64,000 bases of DNA from an uncultured Holophaga sp. (GTDB lineage: Bacteria; Acidobacteriota; Holophagae; Holophagales; Holophagaceae). The notes under the pieces were generated by a model. It was given only the letters and a program-made list of their open reading frames with translations, searched no databases and was not told the DNA's origin. The stretch is taken from NCBI GenBank assembly GCA_963664825.1, contig OY761614.1, positions 416,001-480,000 of the forward strand, written 5' to 3'. Positions 45,208 to 56,600 of the stretch are shown here, one piece after another. The translations under genes and the position numbers were made by a program. Numbering within the stretch: the first letter of the stretch is position 1; each line of letters starts with the position of its first letter.

Positions 45208-47862
45208 ATGGATACCTCAACCATCTGGGCGAAATCAGGCGATGCCGCCGGGGGCGCCTATCTCCCCCTATCGCTTCATCTCATCGATGTGGCTTGCTGC
45301 GCAGATGCCATCCTCGACCTCGAGCCCGAGTCGACCCGTGAACGCATGGGCGCCTGCCTGGGTTTGCCCTGGGAACAGGCACGGCCATGGGTCCTCCTTC
45401 TCGTCGCTTGCCATGACATCGGGAAGGCCTGCGCGCCCTTCCAGGCAAAGTGGGCTGCCGGGCGCACCGCGATCGAAGCCGGGGGCCTTCGTTTTCCTCC
45501 CGCAGTTGATACTCACATCAACCACGCTTGGGTAAGCCAGGCCTACCTGGAGGAGGAACTCACCCATTGTGGATGGCCGTCGGCACTTGCCACGCTAGCT
45601 GCTGATGCCGTTGGATGCCACCACGGCGAGCGGGCCGGAGAATCCCGCCTCAGCCACTTGCGAGATAACCGCTACGTTTGGCAAGACTCTGTCTGGGCCC
45701 AGGCTCGGGACCTCCTATTCAAGGCCCTTCTTGGTTTATTCAAGCCCGGCCTCCCGCCTCCTCGGGAATGCCTCGATGGGCCCGATTTCATGTTGTTGTC
45801 AGGCCTGACCAGCTTTGCCGATTGGATCGGCTCCAGCGAAGTGCACTTCCCCTTCGGAAACCTCACGGATTGCCAGGATCTGGAAGGTTGGTGGAAGACG
45901 AGGCTGGTCGCAGCAAATGAGGCCCTGGCCAGCATTGGCTGGTCACCACGCACACCGCTCTTCCATACCGACTTGGACTTCCAGGAAGTGTTTCAGTTTC
46001 CTCCACGCCCCCTGCAAGAAGCCGTCGCACAGGCTGTGGAAACAGTCTCGGGTCCATGCGTCCTGCTCGTGGAAGCCCCCATGGGAGAAGGCAAGACCGA
46101 GGCCGCCTTCTTCGCCCACGGCCAGCTTCAGCGGCGTTTCGGCCATCGAGGACTCTATGTCGCCCTCCCCACCAAAGCCACCGGCAACGCCATGTTCGCA
46201 AGGACCATCGCGTTCATCACCCAGCAGGCACCCGAGCGAACGGTTGACCTCCAGCTCCTCCATGGGGCGACTGAGCTTAACGAGCGATTCCAGGAACTCC
46301 GACAAATTTCCATCCTGGATCCGGAAGGCGAAGGCCGAATGCGGGCGGGAGAGTGGTTCACGCACCGCAAACGCGCCCTGCTCTCCGAATATGGCGTTGG
46401 AACCGTGGATCAGGCCCTCCTTCCGATCCTGCCGGTTCGGCATCAGTTCGTCAGACTCTGGGGTCTCGCCAACCGCGTGGTGATCTTCGATGAGATCCAC
46501 GCCTATGACACCTACACAGGCACTCTGATGATCCATCTCATCCAATGGCTGGTCGCCCTTGGTTCCTCAGTGGTGCTCCTCTCTGCGACCCTGCCTCCAA
46601 AAATCCGCCGATGCCTTGCAAGCATCCTGGGCGCTTCCATGCCGGACGAGGAGACTCCTTATCCTCGCCTCACGGTGATCCAGTCGGGAAACGTGCACCA
46701 GGTCCACTTCGAGGCCGATCCGAACCGGAGGCGCACTCTCCAGGTGCAAGCCATCTCTGCCGACCTCACATCCATCCAGGCTGCTCTGGAATGTCGGCTC
46801 GGATCTCGCGGATATGCGTTGGCCCTGCTCAATACCGTCCAGCGCGCCCAGGCACTCTACAGCCTTTACCCCGCAGGAGAACCCATCCTCGTCGGAGAGG
46901 TCCAGGTCGGCAAGCGTTTGCCAGATGGCACGGAAGTGCTGCTCTTCCATGCGCGCTTCCCGGCTGACCTCCGCCAGATCCGGGAGAACCATGTCATCGA
47001 GACCTTCGGAAAGAAGGCCACCCGCACCACGCGCCGCATCCTCATTGCGACCCAAGTAGCAGAGCAGAGCCTCGACCTGGACTTCGATCTGATGCTGACG
47101 GACCTAGCGCCCATCGACCTCATCCTCCAGCGAGCGGGTCGGCTTTGGCGGCACGAACGGGAGAACCGACCCGCAAAGACGCCCATCCTGCTGATTGCGG
47201 GCTTGGAGGGTCCCGAGCCGCCCTCTTTCGGCACCCCCTTGTGGTGGGGTGCCGTCTACCGCGAGGATGTCTTGCTTCGCACCTGGGCGCTGCTGAAGAA
47301 TCGGGACAGCCTCACCCTTCCAGACGAGATCGACACGCTTGTCATGGCGGTCTACGAGGACGGAGTCCCGATTCCAGATTCCCTGATCCCCCGGTTGGAC
47401 GTCGCCATTCAAGAGTCGCTAGGCAAGGGTTATGCAGAACGGACCAAGGCTCTCATGGCCACCATTGGTTCTCCAGACGACAGTTCCTGGAATGACCCTT
47501 CGCGCTACATCAAGGCCGACGAGGATGAGCCCGGCCTCCACCCCAGCCTACGCGCCCTCACGCGCCTGGGGGACGAATCCGTGACGGTCATCCCGATCCG
47601 GGACAGCGAGGACTTCCACCCCGCTCAGATCCCGAGTGCCCCTCAGGCCCGAGCCTGGTCCCTCCGATCGCTCAGTCTGAGTCGAAAGCAAATCGTCAAG
47701 CAGCTCCAGGCCCAGGGGATCCCAGAGGGATGGCAGCAATCCTCCCTGCTCCGCCATAGCTACCCGATGCACCTGGACGCGGAAGGCCGCTGGCACGAAA
47801 ACCCGCTCGTCCACTTGGATGAGGCCCTTGGGTTGGTGTTCGAGACAAAGGAGGTCCATTGA
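45208..47862 (+). CDS. cas3: Cas3 HD nuclease-helicase
   Basis: WAKS, HLID, CHDIGKA, FADWIGS, APMGEGKT, FDEIH, LSAT, QRAGRLWRH. Confidence 0.97.
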   Translation: MDTSTIWAKSGDAAGGAYLPLSLHLIDVACCADAILDLEPESTRERMGACLGLPWEQARPWVLLLVACHDIGKACAPFQAKWAAGRTAIEAGGLRFPPAVDTHINHAWVSQAYLEEELTHCGWPSALATLAADAVGCHHGERAGESRLSHLRDNRYVWQDSVWAQARDLLFKALLGLFKPGLPPPRECLDGPDFMLLSGLTSFADWIGSSEVHFPFGNLTDCQDLEGWWKTRLVAANEALASIGWSPRTPLFHTDLDFQEVFQFPPRPLQEAVAQAVETVSGPCVLLVEAPMGEGKTEAAFFAHGQLQRRFGHRGLYVALPTKATGNAMFARTIAFITQQAPERTVDLQLLHGATELNERFQELRQISILDPEGEGRMRAGEWFTHRKRALLSEYGVGTVDQALLPILPVRHQFVRLWGLANRVVIFDEIHAYDTYTGTLMIHLIQWLVALGSSVVLLSATLPPKIRRCLASILGASMPDEETPYPRLTVIQSGNVHQVHFEADPNRRRTLQVQAISADLTSIQAALECRLGSRGYALALLNTVQRAQALYSLYPAGEPILVGEVQVGKRLPDGTEVLLFHARFPADLRQIRENHVIETFGKKATRTTRRILIATQVAEQSLDLDFDLMLTDLAPIDLILQRAGRLWRHERENRPAKTPILLIAGLEGPEPPSFGTPLWWGAVYREDVLLRTWALLKNRDSLTLPDEIDTLVMAVYEDGVPIPDSLIPRLDVAIQESLGKGYAERTKALMATIGSPDDSSWNDPSRYIKADEDEPGLHPSLRALTRLGDESVTVIPIRDSEDFHPAQIPSAPQARAWSLRSLSLSRKQIVKQLQAQGIPEGWQQSSLLRHSYPMHLDAEGRWHENPLVHLDEALGLVFETKEVH

Positions 47863-49382
47863 AAGAATTCAACCTCATCGACGAAGCCTGGATCCCTGTG
47901 CGTTTCCAGGACGGGAGCCGCGGCGAGTTCGGTATTCTTGAAACCCTCCGAAGAGCACCGGATATCGCCGCCCTCGAAGATCCATCTCCCCTGGTGACCG
48001 CCGCACTCCATCGCCTGCTGCTCGCCGTGCTCTACCGTGCCCTTCGCGGCCCCTGCGACATCGACGAAGCCAGAGCCCTCTTCAAGAGTGGGCTTCCGAT
48101 GGATCGGATTGAAGCCTATCTCCAAGAGTGGCGTCATCGATTCGGGCTATTCAACGAGACGCATCCGTTTGGGCAGATCCCGGATTTCGAACCAAAATCG
48201 TGGCGAGCCTGGACCGTGCTGGCCGCTGAGCACAACGCCGACAACGCGAAGGTTCTCTTCGACCATATCGATGTCCAGGCACCCGGGAGCATCCCTGAAG
48301 CCGAAGCGACTCGGTGGTTGATGGCCACCCAAACCTTTTCCGTAAGCTGCGGGAAGAGTGAACTCTCTCACACGGGAACCGCGCCATCCGCGACGGCAGC
48401 CCTCCTGCTCCCACTTGGGATGAACCTCCAGGACACTTTGCTCCTCTCGCTTGTACCTCAGAGTCGGCATCTGATCGAAGACGACCTGCCCATTTGGGAG
48501 CGAGAACCTGAGCGAGTGGAGGAGCTCAAGCAAGGAATCGAACGTGAGAGTTGCGGTCTAGCCGACCGATATACCTGGCGGACAAGGTCCGTCAGATTCC
48601 AGCCCGATGGTGAAGGGATCAAGAATCTGGCCTTTGCCTCTGGAATCCAATCCACTTCGCAGGACCAGCTGGACCCCATGCAGGCCTACCGAGAAATTAA
48701 GGACAAAGGCTTACTTCCCCTGGCGTTTCAGGAACGAGGGCTATGGCGTGAATTTGATACCCTACTGCCCGATCAAAATGATCATTCCCCCCAAAACATT
48801 CGCCACGCTGTGGAAGTTTCAAAGGGCTTTCCTGCACGCTTTCCGGCCACAGTGCTCATCCTTGGTCAGAGCAATAACAAGGCCAAGATCGAGTATTGGC
48901 GCATGGAGCGGTTCGCCCTTCCACGGTCCATTCTTGGCGCACGATTCGTTCGGGAGGACATCCGTTCGTTCCTCAATCAGGCCCAGACCAGCCAGTCTGC
49001 CCTCTGGTCCGCTTGCAGCACCTACGCCCGCCTTCTGATTGCCCGCGGAGAGCGCAGCCCTGACAAGAAGGACATCCGTGCCTTCGTGGATCAGATGCCC
49101 TGCATACCCGCCTACTGGTCCAGCCTGGAAGCGGCCTTCCATGCCCTTCTCCAGGTCTACACGGAGGAGGCGATCTTCGAGGTCATCCGTCGAAGTTGGC
49201 TGTATTCCGTGCGGGAGGCCCTCCGCGATGCATGGAATCTCCATCGGCAGTCTGCCCGCACGGGTGATGCCTGGGCCATTCGTGCCCTGGTCCGGGCCGA
49301 AGGCTACATCGGTGCGGAGCTGAAAAAGTTGGATGCCGTCATCCGGGAAATCGATGCGGATCTGGAAAAGGAGAAAGCATGA
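47859..49382 (+). CDS. cse1: Type I-E large subunit Cas8e/Cse1
   Basis: FNLIDEAWIPV, ALHRLLLAVL, FDH, YTWRTR; TTG start overlapping the cas3 stop. Confidence 0.92.
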   Translation: MKEFNLIDEAWIPVRFQDGSRGEFGILETLRRAPDIAALEDPSPLVTAALHRLLLAVLYRALRGPCDIDEARALFKSGLPMDRIEAYLQEWRHRFGLFNETHPFGQIPDFEPKSWRAWTVLAAEHNADNAKVLFDHIDVQAPGSIPEAEATRWLMATQTFSVSCGKSELSHTGTAPSATAALLLPLGMNLQDTLLLSLVPQSRHLIEDDLPIWEREPERVEELKQGIERESCGLADRYTWRTRSVRFQPDGEGIKNLAFASGIQSTSQDQLDPMQAYREIKDKGLLPLAFQERGLWREFDTLLPDQNDHSPQNIRHAVEVSKGFPARFPATVLILGQSNNKAKIEYWRMERFALPRSILGARFVREDIRSFLNQAQTSQSALWSACSTYARLLIARGERSPDKKDIRAFVDQMPCIPAYWSSLEAAFHALLQVYTEEAIFEVIRRSWLYSVREALRDAWNLHRQSARTGDAWAIRALVRAEGYIGAELKKLDAVIREIDADLEKEKA

Positions 49383-49900
49383 GCACGTTCATCGAATGGC
49401 TGGAGGCCAGGCAGGCCGAGGATACTCGTGTTCGCGCTGTGTTGAAGCGAAGCCTTGCCTTCGAACCAGGTACGTACGTGCCAGCATTCCCTTGGGTGGA
49501 GCCCTTCCTTCAGGGACCCGAAAGACCATGGCGCAGGAAGGCCCATTACCTCGTGGCAGGACTCTGGGCAGCCCAATGGCGCGAAGGCCAAACAATGCCA
49601 GGGTGCACCCTTGGCCGAGTCGCCGCGATGTACCAGAACGATCGAAAGGCGGGCAGTACGGAGCGGCGCTTCATCACGCTCCTGGATGCCGACGAGGACC
49701 AGCTTCCCCACAGGCTTCGCCAGATGGTTGCCTTGCTTAAGGAATACACCCTCGACTTCGAAGATCTCCTTTCATCCCTTCTTCACTGGCAGGACGACAC
49801 CAAGTGGGTCCAGAACGCCATGGCCCGCGACTTCTATCGAAACCTCCACACCAATGGCGACATGAGCGCTCAAACCACACCTTCCGAGGAGAACCTCTGA
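49379..49900 (+). CDS. cse2: Type I-E small subunit Cas11/Cse2
   Basis: RAVLKRSL, ERRFITLLDAD, LRQMVALL, ARDFY. Confidence 0.92.
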   Translation: MSTFIEWLEARQAEDTRVRAVLKRSLAFEPGTYVPAFPWVEPFLQGPERPWRRKAHYLVAGLWAAQWREGQTMPGCTLGRVAAMYQNDRKAGSTERRFITLLDADEDQLPHRLRQMVALLKEYTLDFEDLLSSLLHWQDDTKWVQNAMARDFYRNLHTNGDMSAQTTPSEENL

Positions 49901-51060
49901 TGAAGACCCTGATCGAGATCCACGCCCTGCAGAACTACGCTCCTTCCAACCTCAACCGGGACGACACCGGTGCTCCGAAGGATGCTTTCTTCGGCGGAAC
50001 CCGCCGGGCGCGAATCAGCAGCCAGTGTCTCAAAAGAGCCGTGCGCCAGCACTTTTCGGCACTCGTGGAGACAGGCGCCTTGGTTCAAGATGACTTGGCC
50101 GCTCGGACCAAGCGCATCACCGAATCCCTCACGAAGCGTCTCGTAGCGCTTGGTCACGACGAAGCGGAAGCCGAGAACAAGACCCGCCTCGCCCTCGCAG
50201 CCATGGAACTGAGCGTCAAGGAGGATGGAAAGACCGAATGCCTGCTCTTCCTCGGGCAACGCGAAATCACCGGAATCGCAGATATCATCCACGAGAAATG
50301 GGATGTTCTCATCGCTTCCGAAGCACCTGTGGCTGAGGGAAAGAAGGCTGGGAAAGCCAAAAAGCAGGCCGCCCAAGGCGCTGATCCTGAACTCAAGAAG
50401 GCCCTCGACAAAGTCTTCAATGGCGGCAAGGCCCTGGACGTAGCCCTCTTCGGCCGCATGTTGGCCGACATGCCAAAGAAGAACCAGGAGGCCGCCTGCC
50501 AGGTAGCCCATGCGATCTCCACGCACGCGGTCGAGCGTGAATTCGATTTCTACACGGCCGTGGACGACCTGAAACCTGATGACACAGCCGGGGCGGACAT
50601 GATGGGCACGGTGGAATTCAATTCCGCCTGCTTCTACCGCTATGCGGTCCTTGACTGGACCAAGCTTGTAGAAAACCTCCAGCAGGATGAAGACCTCGCT
50701 TCCAAGGGCCTCCAAGCCTTCCTGCATGGCTTCGTGCTGAGCGAACCCACGGGCAAACAGAACAGTTTTGCCGCCCACAACCCGCCTGAATTCGTGGCAA
50801 TCACCGTGCGCCGGAATGGCGCACCCAGGAATCTTGCCAATGCTTTTGAGATGGCCCTGCGAGTGAAGAAGGGCGATTCCATCACCCGCCTTTCGGCCGA
50901 GAAGCTCGCCCAGAAAGCCTGTCAGTTCAGGACTGCCTTCGGCGGTGAGGATACGACCTATGTCCTCAATCTGGTGGACGCAGGCATCGACGGATTCGGA
51001 ACCACTGTCGACTCTCTCGACAAGCTGGTCGAGGCATCTATGAAGGCCGTGAGGTCCTGA
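49900..51060 (+). CDS. cas7: Cas7e backbone subunit
   Basis: NLNRDDTGAPK, RARISSQCLKR, ALFGRM, QVAHAISTH, DFYTAVDD, PTGKQNSFA. Confidence 0.96.
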   Translation: MKTLIEIHALQNYAPSNLNRDDTGAPKDAFFGGTRRARISSQCLKRAVRQHFSALVETGALVQDDLAARTKRITESLTKRLVALGHDEAEAENKTRLALAAMELSVKEDGKTECLLFLGQREITGIADIIHEKWDVLIASEAPVAEGKKAGKAKKQAAQGADPELKKALDKVFNGGKALDVALFGRMLADMPKKNQEAACQVAHAISTHAVEREFDFYTAVDDLKPDDTAGADMMGTVEFNSACFYRYAVLDWTKLVENLQQDEDLASKGLQAFLHGFVLSEPTGKQNSFAAHNPPEFVAITVRRNGAPRNLANAFEMALRVKKGDSITRLSAEKLAQKACQFRTAFGGEDTTYVLNLVDAGIDGFGTTVDSLDKLVEASMKAVRS

Positions 51061-51768
51061 ATGGCGACCCTCCTTCTGCGCCTAGCAGGGCCCATGCAAT
51101 CCTGGGGCACCACCAGTCGCTTCGATGAGCGGGACACCGGGCGGGAACCGAGCAAGTCGGGCATCCTTGGCCTGCTCGCCGCCGCCTTGGGCATCGACCG
51201 CGAGAACTGGGTGGATCTGGAACCGCTCACTCGTCTAGCCATGGGTGTGCGGCATGACAGGCCCGGGCATCCAGCCAAGGACTACCAGACAGCCGGATGT
51301 TCCAGGTCCGATACGATCATCCGGGCAGACGGTTCCCCGGCCAAGGATGGCGGAGTGGTCTCCACCCGCCATTACCTCGCCGACGCCGCCTTTCTGGTGG
51401 CCCTGGAATCGCCCAGCCGCAATCTACTGGAACGCCTCCATGCCGTGCTCCAAGACCCCACATGGCCTCTGGCTCTGGGGCGCAAGTCCTATCTGCCTTC
51501 GGAGCCAATCTGGCTTCCTGATGACTCAAACCCCATCCAGGAAGCCCCACTCCGGGACGTGCTGACCCGGCAGCCCTGGATGACCAAGCGCCGCAAGGAG
51601 GAACCTCTCCCGGAGCGCCTGCGCCTGTCCCTTGAGTCCCCGGATGGTACCGGCTCCCTCCGCATGGATCAGTTGCTGTCTTCCTTCGCGGAACGGCGCT
51701 TTGGGGCCCGGTTCATCACCTCTGAATGGATCCCGTTCCCGGGGGAGGCTGCCAATGTTCCTGCATAG
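51061..51768 (+). CDS. cas5: Cas5e
   Basis: LRLAGPMQSWG, PSKSGILGLLAAALG, RHYLADA, LGRKS. Confidence 0.96.
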   Translation: MATLLLRLAGPMQSWGTTSRFDERDTGREPSKSGILGLLAAALGIDRENWVDLEPLTRLAMGVRHDRPGHPAKDYQTAGCSRSDTIIRADGSPAKDGGVVSTRHYLADAAFLVALESPSRNLLERLHAVLQDPTWPLALGRKSYLPSEPIWLPDDSNPIQEAPLRDVLTRQPWMTKRRKEEPLPERLRLSLESPDGTGSLRMDQLLSSFAERRFGARFITSEWIPFPGEAANVPA

Positions 51769-52435
51769 GCTTCACCTCAACCTCCGCAGCAAGGAAGCGC
51801 GCCGGGATCTCGCCGATCCCTACCAGCTTCACGCAACCCTGAGTCGAGCCTTCAGTCCCGCGGATGTGCCATGCCCGCCCGGGGCCTTCTTGTGGCGCCT
51901 GGAGCCCGAGACAGACACTTCTGGCGCCGCCCGCATCCTGGTTCAGAGTCGCGAGCTTCCGGAATGGGATCGCATTGCCTTGAAGGACTGGCTGGAACGT
52001 GCCCCCGATCCTGCGGTGGATCTCCGCAATCGTTTGGGATTGGACCACCTTCACGTCGGTCAACATTTTCGTTTCCGCTTAAGGGCCAATCCCAGCGCAA
52101 TCAAGGCTGGGCGCCGAGTCGGGCTTCTCAAACCGGAGGACCAGGAAGCTTGGCTCATCCGCAAGGGACAAGATCAGCACGGGTTTGAACTCCTACACCA
52201 GGATTCAGTCGATTTCTTCGATGGGGCTGATTCCAGACCTGACATTAGGACCTCCCAGCCCCAAACGCTCCGAGGCCGCCAGGTTTCAGGCAACACCATC
52301 CAAATTTTCTCAGCCCTCTTCGATGGAACCCTTCAGGTGACCCATCCGGATGCCTTTCGCGACGCCTTGGCCCGCGGCATCGGGCACGGGAAGGCTCTCG
52401 GCCTTGGCCTTCTGTCTGTTGTGCCCCTGCCATGA
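51755..52435 (+). CDS. cas6e: Cas6e/Cse3 crRNA endonuclease
   Basis: YQLH, LWRLE, FRLRANP, G-rich loop GIGHGKALGLGLL. Confidence 0.95.
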   Translation: MFLHRLHLNLRSKEARRDLADPYQLHATLSRAFSPADVPCPPGAFLWRLEPETDTSGAARILVQSRELPEWDRIALKDWLERAPDPAVDLRNRLGLDHLHVGQHFRFRLRANPSAIKAGRRVGLLKPEDQEAWLIRKGQDQHGFELLHQDSVDFFDGADSRPDIRTSQPQTLRGRQVSGNTIQIFSALFDGTLQVTHPDAFRDALARGIGHGKALGLGLLSVVPLP

Positions 52436-53343
52436 AACTCGAATCCAACCCCATCCCGATGAAGGAACGTTCCACCATGGTCTGGCTTCAGTACGGCCAG
52501 ATCGATGTGCAGGATGGTGCGCTGGTGCTCATCGACAAGGACGGGGTCAGGATCCACATCCCCGTGGGTGGGCTGGCTTGCCTGATGCTCGAACCAGGCA
52601 CACGCATCACCCACGGAGCCGTGGCCCTGGCGGCCTCGGTGGGTTGCCTGATCCTATGGGTCGGAGAAGGTGGCGTGCGCCTCTATTCGGCAGGGCAACC
52701 CGGCGGGGCTCGCTCGGATCGCCTGCTGTACCAGGCGAAACTGGCGCTGGATGACGATCTGCGCCTGAAGGTGATCCGATCCATGTACCGCTTCCGGTAC
52801 AAGGAGGAGCCCCCCGCTAGGCGCAGCATCGAGCAGCTCCGGGGCATCGAAGGCGTCCGAGTGAGGACCATGTACAAGCTCCTGGCCCAGGAGCATGGGG
52901 TGGAATGGGGGAGGCGCGAATATGACCCTGACGATTTCGAAAGCCAGGACCCTATCAACCGCTGCCTGAGCGTGGCCAATCACTGCATGTACGGCCTGTG
53001 CGAAGCCGCTGTCCTAGCGGCAGGCTACGCCCCGGCCATCGGGTTCATTCACACAGGGAAACCCCTCTCCTTCGTCTATGACATCGCTGATCTCTTCAAG
53101 TTCGAGACGGTGGTGCCCATCGCCTTCAAGGTCGCCGCCAGGAAGGGCAGCGAGCCCGAACGGGAGACGCGCCTCTACTGCAGGAACAGTTTCAGGAAGC
53201 ACAACCTGCTGGAACGTGTGATTCCAACCATCGAAGAGATTCTGGCTACGGGCGGTATCGCAATCCCCAAGCCCCACGAGGAAGCTGTTCCCATGGCCAT
53301 TCCCAACAAGGAGCAGACAGGAGATGCTGGTCATCGTGCTTGA
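52432..53343 (+). CDS. cas1: Cas1 (type I-E)
   Basis: LMLEPGTRITH, WVGEGGVRLY, LRGIEG, GFIHTGKPLSFVYDIAD. Confidence 0.97.
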   Translation: MKLESNPIPMKERSTMVWLQYGQIDVQDGALVLIDKDGVRIHIPVGGLACLMLEPGTRITHGAVALAASVGCLILWVGEGGVRLYSAGQPGGARSDRLLYQAKLALDDDLRLKVIRSMYRFRYKEEPPARRSIEQLRGIEGVRVRTMYKLLAQEHGVEWGRREYDPDDFESQDPINRCLSVANHCMYGLCEAAVLAAGYAPAIGFIHTGKPLSFVYDIADLFKFETVVPIAFKVAARKGSEPERETRLYCRNSFRKHNLLERVIPTIEEILATGGIAIPKPHEEAVPMAIPNKEQTGDAGHRA

Positions 53344-53659
53344 GAATGCCCCGCCCAGACTCAAGGGCTATCTGTCCCGCCTCCTGCTGGAACTCCGGGC
53401 CGGTGTCTTCATCGGCACCTATTCCACCCGAGTGCGGGAGCGCCTGTGGGAGACGATCCGGAAAGAGATTGGCCCAGGTAATGCCGTTCTGGCATGGGCA
53501 GCTCCCAACGACGCCGGATTCGATTTCGACACCTGCGGCGAGAACCGGCGAATCCCCGTCATCCTGGATGGCCTGAAGCTCTGCGCCTTCCGCCCGGAAG
53601 AGACCCCAAATCCAGTTGAAAAATCCGGTAGGTTCTTTGACAACGACACAAAGACTTGA
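53324..53659 (+). CDS. cas2: Cas2 (type I-E) with a C-terminal tail running into the leader
   Basis: MLVIVLENAPPRLKG, LLELRAGVFIG, RERLW, DGLKL. Confidence 0.93.
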   Translation: MLVIVLENAPPRLKGYLSRLLLELRAGVFIGTYSTRVRERLWETIRKEIGPGNAVLAWAAPNDAGFDFDTCGENRRIPVILDGLKLCAFRPEETPNPVEKSGRFFDNDTKT

Positions 53660-53681
53660 ATCAAGATGGTTAGAGGGAAGT
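53600..53681 (+). promoter_or_regulatory. CRISPR leader, largely overlapping the cas2 3' end
   Basis: AT-richer segment directly before repeat 1; IHF-like AATCAAGATGGTTA at 53659-53672 (near-consensus, one extra base). Left boundary approximate. Confidence 0.6.
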
Positions 53682-56600
53682 CCGTTCCCCGCACACGCGG
53701 GGATGATCCGTGAGTCGCTTGTACGTCCCTGGCTACGTCCCACCGTTCCCCGCACACGCGGGGATGATCCGAGCTGGCCGCCACCTCGCGTGCCGCCCTC
53801 CAACCGTTCCCCGCACACGCGGGGATGATCCGACGTTGCGTGATGAGGACGCCGAGGATCTGCGCCGTTCCCCGCACACGCGGGGATGATCCGGCTGATC
53901 TCTGCTCACGCGGGAGGCTGGGAGCCCGTTCCCCGCACACGCGGGGATGATCCGTGGGATTTCCTGTCCAAGGTGGACCTTTCCAACCGTTCCCCGCACA
54001 CGCGGGGATGATCCGCCAAGGCCACGGCCCAACCAGTGAGGTTGAGCCCGTTCCCCGCACACGCGGGGATGATCCGCGGCCATGCGAGAGGCTGGGGACC
54101 TCTCGGGCCCGTTCCCCGCACACGCGGGGATGATCCGATAGAGATGGCAATGCAATCAATGCCTCTCTTCCGTTCCCCGCACACGCGGGGATGATCCGAA
54201 GGACACCGCGACCCGGCGCATTGCCATCTACCGTTCCCCGCACACGCGGGGATGATCCGATCAATCAGGTCCTCGTCGCCCCTCACCAACTCCGTTCCCC
54301 GCACACGCGGGGATGATCCGCTCATGCGCCATGTGGAGCGGGCCGGACAGTTCCGTTCCCCGCACACGCGGGGATGATCCGTCCCATCGTCAATCCCGAA
54401 TTCGAGATCGGAGCCGTTCCCCGCACACGCGGGGATGATCCGGAGATCAGCAAACAAGGCGCCTTCTACACCGGCCGTTCCCCGCACACGCGGGGATGAT
54501 CCGGGACGTAGAGACAGGAAGGTCGGCACCCGGGACCGTTCCCCGCACACGCGGGGATGATCCGGCCACGGGCATTGAAAGCGCCACCCTCGATTACCGT
54601 TCCCCGCACACGCGGGGATGATCCGGGCTTCAGGCCGCCCCCCTTGCTCTCGGTGGACCGTTCCCCGCACACGCGGGGATGATCCGTCGGCGTGCCAGTA
54701 TTTGCCCACCTTGTGGAGCCGTTCCCCGCACACGCGGGGATGATCCGTTGCTGCTGGGTTAATCCTTTTTGTTCCCTAGCCGTTCCCCGCACACGCGGGG
54801 ATGATCCGCCTTCCTGGTCCCTGCCCTCCAGGCCCTGGGTCCGTTCCCCGCACACGCGGGGATGATCCGCTGCCCGTAGATGCTGGGCTTGCCCATGTCT
54901 TCCGTTCCCCGCACACGCGGGGATGATCCGTCTGATGTATTCCATGGTTGCCCCGCTGCACGCCGTTCCCCGCACACGCGGGGATGATCCGAAAGGAACT
55001 GAATCCCCATGGAAAACGAACTGCCGTTCCCCGCACACGCGGGGATGATCCGCCCGAGGCGACCTCGTCTTCCGTGCTGAATCGCCGTTCCCCGCACACG
55101 CGGGGATGATCCGGTTCACATGTGGCACTCCGGCAGCCGGGTCTGCCGTTCCCCGCACACGCGGGGATGATCCGCGCGGCTTTGATGAGCCCGTAGCCAT
55201 CAGGGTCCGTTCCCCGCACACGCGGGGATGATCCGAGAGGTGATGTAGGTGCCAGCCGCAACACCAGCCGTTCCCCGCACACGCGGGGATGATCCGGATC
55301 TCCAGAACATCCATGGCATGACTAAACGCCGTTCCCCGCACACGCGGGGATGATCCGATCGCATTGCGGGAAGCACTGGCACGAACGCTCCGTTCCCCGC
55401 ACACGCGGGGATGATCCGTGGCAGCGAGCGAGGATGCTTTCTCTATCGCGCCGTTCCCCGCACACGCGGGGATGATCCGGCCACGGGGATACCTCCCGCT
55501 GGGTGGCCCTGCCGTTCCCCGCACACGCGGGGATGATCCGGTGAGGTGGGGTTTCATCTGGCCGCCTTTGGCCCGTTCCCCGCACACGCGGGGATGATCC
55601 GATCACCCTGGCGGAGGCGCAGGCCTTGAAACACCGTTCCCCGCACACGCGGGGATGATCCGCATCCATCATCGCCTGTTGGGTAGGCCTGGCGCCGTTC
55701 CCCGCACACGCGGGGATGATCCGCGCCATTGCTACCGCCATGTGGTCGTTGTTTCCCGTTCCCCGCACACGCGGGGATGATCCGGTGTTGAGTTGATTCA
55801 TGGCTACTCCTCTCCCCCGTTCCCCGCACACGCGGGGATGATCCGCCAGTAATCGACGTAGGGCTGGGCTAGCTGGCCCGTTCCCCGCACACGCGGGGAT
55901 GATCCGCTCTACACCGATCCCAAGGGCAAGGCGCTCCTCCGTTCCCCGCACACGCGGGGATGATCCGCGGGTTTCGAGCCTATTGAGCACATCACTCACC
56001 CGTTCCCCGCACACGCGGGGATGATCCGCTCGACCTGGGTGAGGTGGTGGTTACTCGCCACCGTTCCCCGCACACGCGGGGATGATCCGTCCTGAGCGGC
56101 GGTCGCATTGTCAGCGGCCAGCCGTTCCCCGCACACGCGGGGATGATCCGGCCGCGTCCACGTTCAACAACCTTCCGCTCATCCGTTCCCCGCACACGCG
56201 GGGATGATCCGGGTGATCAGGAACGCATCAATGATATTCGCCACCGTTCCCCGCACACGCGGGGATGATCCGGCCGCGTCCACGTTCAACAACCTTCCGC
56301 TCATCCGTTCCCCGCACACGCGGGGATGATCCGAGATGCTGGCCATCGCCCTGGAGAACCGGATGCCGTTCCCCGCACACGCGGGGATGATCCGGACGGT
56401 GCGGCATGACGCGCTGGACCCTCCGACCGTTCCCCGCACACGCGGGGATGATCCGGGCCTCCCGCGCCGCGTTCTCCCAGCTCACGCCCGTTCCCCGCAC
56501 ACGCGGGGATGATCCGACCCAGAGCTGGATCCAGGGGTTCCCGGATGTCCGTTCCCCGCACACGCGGGGATGATCCGCTCGTAGCCGCAGCGAGATTAAT

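Noticed and set aside
51732..51748. CCCGTTCCCGGGGGAGG at the cas5 3' end resembling the repeat
   Set aside because: The match is short and is explained by coding sequence plus the cas6e ribosome-binding site.
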